From: an uncultured Rickettsiales bacterium
Lineage (GTDB): Bacteria > Myxococcota_A > UBA796 > UBA9615 > CAYRNR01
DNA length: 64,000 nucleotides
Direction: 5' to 3'
NCBI GenBank assembly: GCA_964425605.1
Contig: CAYRNR010000028.1
Span: 2,069-66,068 of the forward strand
Position 1 is the stretch's first letter, and every line of letters starts with the position of its first letter. This document shows positions 61,851 to 64,000 of the stretch, piece by piece. Under the pieces are notes generated by a model. That model had not been told where the DNA came from. It was given only the letters and a program-made list of their open reading frames with translations, and searched no databases. Made by a program: the position numbers and the translations under genes.

Positions 61851-62501
61851 ATGACCTCGACGACCCCCAGGGAGAACCCACGCGAGGGCCGCCGGTCCAC
61901 GGACCGGGGCGCGATGGTGCCGTGGTTCCCGGACTACCTGCTGCTCGAGGGTGCGGCGGCGCTGGTCGCCGTGGCCGTGCTCGGCCTCGTGGCGTTGCTG
62001 GTGGACGCGCCCCTGCTGGACATCGCGGACCCGGGCGTGACACCGGATCCGTCCAAGGCCCCGTGGTACTTCGTCGGCCTGCAGGAGCTGCTGCACTACT
62101 ACCCACCCGCGGTGGCCGGTGCGCTGGTTCCCGCCCTCACGGTGGTCCTGCTCGTGGTCGCGCCGTTCACGTCACGGGCCGCCCTGTGGCCGCCGGGGGC
62201 TCCTCGATCGCGGCGCCTCGGGGCCGTGTGCCTCGGCGTGGGGCTGCTGCTGGCGGCCGAGGCGCTCCCCGCCCAGCACGTTCCGTGGCTCCTCGTGGTC
62301 CCCACCGCAGCCATAGGCGCCGCGATGATCGCTCCGGCGATCCTCTCCGGCGGGATCGCGATCCACCTGGGGAGGCTGTCCCTGGCCTCGTGGATCGCCC
62401 TGTGGCTGGGCCTGTGCGCGGTGGGCCTCACCGCGGCCGGAGCCCTGTTCCGGGGTCCCGGGTGGGCCTGGTGCTGGCCGTGGGCCGGGGGGGGGGGCTA
62501 G
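61851..62501 (+). CDS. Cytochrome b C-terminal / subunit IV-like protein
   Basis: Distal part of track ORF 61167..62501. ATG 61851 is 2 nt after the cytochrome b stop. The Qo-loop segment is DPSKAPWYFVGLQELL. Extra TM helices follow, and the protein ends WPWAGGGG, encoded by a G11 run. Confidence 0.75.
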   Translation: MTSTTPRENPREGRRSTDRGAMVPWFPDYLLLEGAAALVAVAVLGLVALLVDAPLLDIADPGVTPDPSKAPWYFVGLQELLHYYPPAVAGALVPALTVVLLVVAPFTSRAALWPPGAPRSRRLGAVCLGVGLLLAAEALPAQHVPWLLVVPTAAIGAAMIAPAILSGGIAIHLGRLSLASWIALWLGLCAVGLTAAGALFRGPGWAWCWPWAGGGG

Positions 62502-62504
62502 ACC

Positions 62505-63989
62505 GTGCGCAGTCTCTCCACGCGCCTGTTCGCCATGGCCGCGACCGCCGTCCTCCTCGCCACGGCGATGCTGGCGTTGCGGGTCCTCGATCCGCCGTGG
62601 AAGGGAATCCAGCGCGAGCGCATCGACGAGCAGATCACCCTGGCACGGCGGTCGGTGGAGGCCCAGCAAGAGGCATTCGAGCGCTCCAGGGTGTCCCTGG
62701 ACCACGTCCGGGCGGAGGAGACCGCGGCCACGGCGCGCGCGGACCTGCCCAGCGCGGAGCTGGACTCCCTCGAGATCGAGCTGACACTGCTCGACGAGCG
62801 CCGCGCGGACCTGCTCGTGCTGCTGGAGGAGGACGCGGATCCCGCCGCGGCGGAGGCCGCCCACGAGGCCTATGTCCGGCTCACGGGTACCCCGGACGCG
62901 GATCCGGAGGAGATCGAGCGCCTCCGGCTGCGCGAGAGAGCCGCCAGCGGAGCCGAGCGCCTCGAGGAGCTGGACACCCTGGGCGACCAGCGGCGCCGCG
63001 TCGAGGCGCGGATACGCGAGCTGCGCGCGTCCGTGGCCGAGGCCGAGGAGGCGCTGGCCGCCTTCCGCGCCGACCTGGACCGCGCGGAGGCCCGCCTGGA
63101 GCGCTTGCAGCAATGGGACATCGAGGTCCACGAGATCCACACACCGGCTGGCGGCGTGGACCGATGCACCACGTGCCACCCCGGGATGGACGACCTCGGC
63201 GCGACCCACGCCACCCTGGGCCCGGACAGCCCCTTCGCCGGCTGGGGGTGCACGCCGTGCCACGGCGGCAACGGCCGCGCCCTGGACGTTCAGGCGGCCC
63301 ACCGCCACCTGACCCTGCGTCCGTGGACCGAGGGGCCCAGGTACAGCCTCGAGCCGGTGATCGCCGAGCTGCAGAGTCCGGATCGGCACCAGCGCGCCGA
63401 GGCCGCGGCGTTCCTGCGACGCGAGACGGGGCGTTCCTTCGGCTATCAGTACCACGCACCGGAGGCGGAACGTGCCGACGCCGTGGCCGCGTGGCGGGCG
63501 TGGTGGGCCGCGGCCGAGGCGTACTACCGCCCCGACCACCCCTCCGGACTCCAGGATCACGGGTACGACGCCTCTGGGCGGCCCCGGCGGCACGTGGGTT
63601 CGGGCGCGTGCTTGCGCTGTCACGAGGCGCGGCAGCGGCAGCACGTGCAGCGCTGGCGGGCCACCAAGTTCACCACCTTCGACCGCCTCGAGGAGATCGA
63701 GGACACGCAGCCCTGTCTCCCCTGCCACACCACGGGGTACGATGAGACGACCGACACCTTCGTGCAGCACGGTGTGACCTGCGAGGCCTGCCACGGCCCG
63801 GGCGCCGGATACTCGGCGGCCATGCAGGCCGCGGTGGTGCTGCAGTCACAGGGATCGTTGGGGGAGGGAGAGCGGTTGCTGGACGACGTGTCCACGCAGC
63901 TGCGCGAGCAGATGGCGCACGGAAACATCTGCGTGGACTGCCACGATCCGTTCGCGGTCAAGGAGCTGGCGTACGAGCACAAGCAGTAG
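62505..63989 (+). CDS. Membrane-anchored hexaheme c-type cytochrome with coiled-coil stalk
   Basis: GTG 62505. TM helix LFAMAATAVLLATAMLAL, then ~190 aa rich in charged heptad-like residues. Six CxxCH motifs: CTTCH, CTPCH, CLRCH, CLPCH, CEACH, CVDCH. Confidence 0.85.
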   Translation: MRSLSTRLFAMAATAVLLATAMLALRVLDPPWKGIQRERIDEQITLARRSVEAQQEAFERSRVSLDHVRAEETAATARADLPSAELDSLEIELTLLDERRADLLVLLEEDADPAAAEAAHEAYVRLTGTPDADPEEIERLRLRERAASGAERLEELDTLGDQRRRVEARIRELRASVAEAEEALAAFRADLDRAEARLERLQQWDIEVHEIHTPAGGVDRCTTCHPGMDDLGATHATLGPDSPFAGWGCTPCHGGNGRALDVQAAHRHLTLRPWTEGPRYSLEPVIAELQSPDRHQRAEAAAFLRRETGRSFGYQYHAPEAERADAVAAWRAWWAAAEAYYRPDHPSGLQDHGYDASGRPRRHVGSGACLRCHEARQRQHVQRWRATKFTTFDRLEEIEDTQPCLPCHTTGYDETTDTFVQHGVTCEACHGPGAGYSAAMQAAVVLQSQGSLGEGERLLDDVSTQLREQMAHGNICVDCHDPFAVKELAYEHKQ

Positions 63990-64000
63990 CGGGACCGCGC

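Noticed and set aside
1-64000. Mobile elements, prophage or defence islands (transposases, integrases, restriction or abortive-infection genes, toxin-antitoxin pairs).
   Set aside because: No ORF with such motifs was recognised. I saw no terminal inverted repeats flanking a compositionally distinct block. The only locally AT-richer patch (57183-57545) holds one small ORF and a weak terminator.

Overview
Very GC-rich bacterial chromosomal window. Codon position 3 is almost always G/C, so the ORF track contains many long spurious off-frame ORFs and over-extended N-termini. I re-derived starts by hand where possible.

Core: a complete, translationally coupled division/cell-wall (dcw) cluster on the minus strand, from 37475 down to 18589: mraZ-rsmH-ftsL-ftsI-murE-murF-mraY-murD-ftsW-murG-murC-murB-ddl-ftsQ-ftsA-ftsZ. 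Phased MraZ boxes lie upstream and an intrinsic terminator lies downstream.

Left flank, two parts:
- A 5-gene minus-strand operon: metallophosphoesterase, ABC ATPase, FtsX permease fused to a DUF3299-like domain, beta-barrel OMP, radical SAM protein. An OPT transporter follows.
- An accessory cluster of exported proteins (7634-18366): two DUF3604/PHP-like paralogs, two arylsulfotransferase-like lipoprotein paralogs, a BNR/Ycf48-like repeat protein and an alpha/beta hydrolase.

Right flank, three parts:
- Housekeeping genes smpB, prmA and cysS, plus a disulfide-bond module (TlpA-like protein and a VKOR-DsbA fusion).
- A run of unusual lipoproteins and exported proteins: a vWA protein, a transglutaminase-like protein with six metal-binding-type repeats, a PPC-domain protein and a second BNR paralog. 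An orphan B12-type radical SAM gene sits among them.
- An atypical Rieske/cytochrome b6-type operon at the right edge, which also encodes a GltD-like NAD(P)H flavoprotein and a hexaheme cytochrome c.

Four exported proteins end in a Cys-rich motif + TM helix + Arg cluster resembling the MYXO-CTERM sorting signal. Several anchored proteins carry poly-Asp cassettes next to their anchor. The tags and the repeat family suggest a Myxococcota-like lineage (inference only).

No rRNA, tRNA, tmRNA, CRISPR array or mobile element was recognised.
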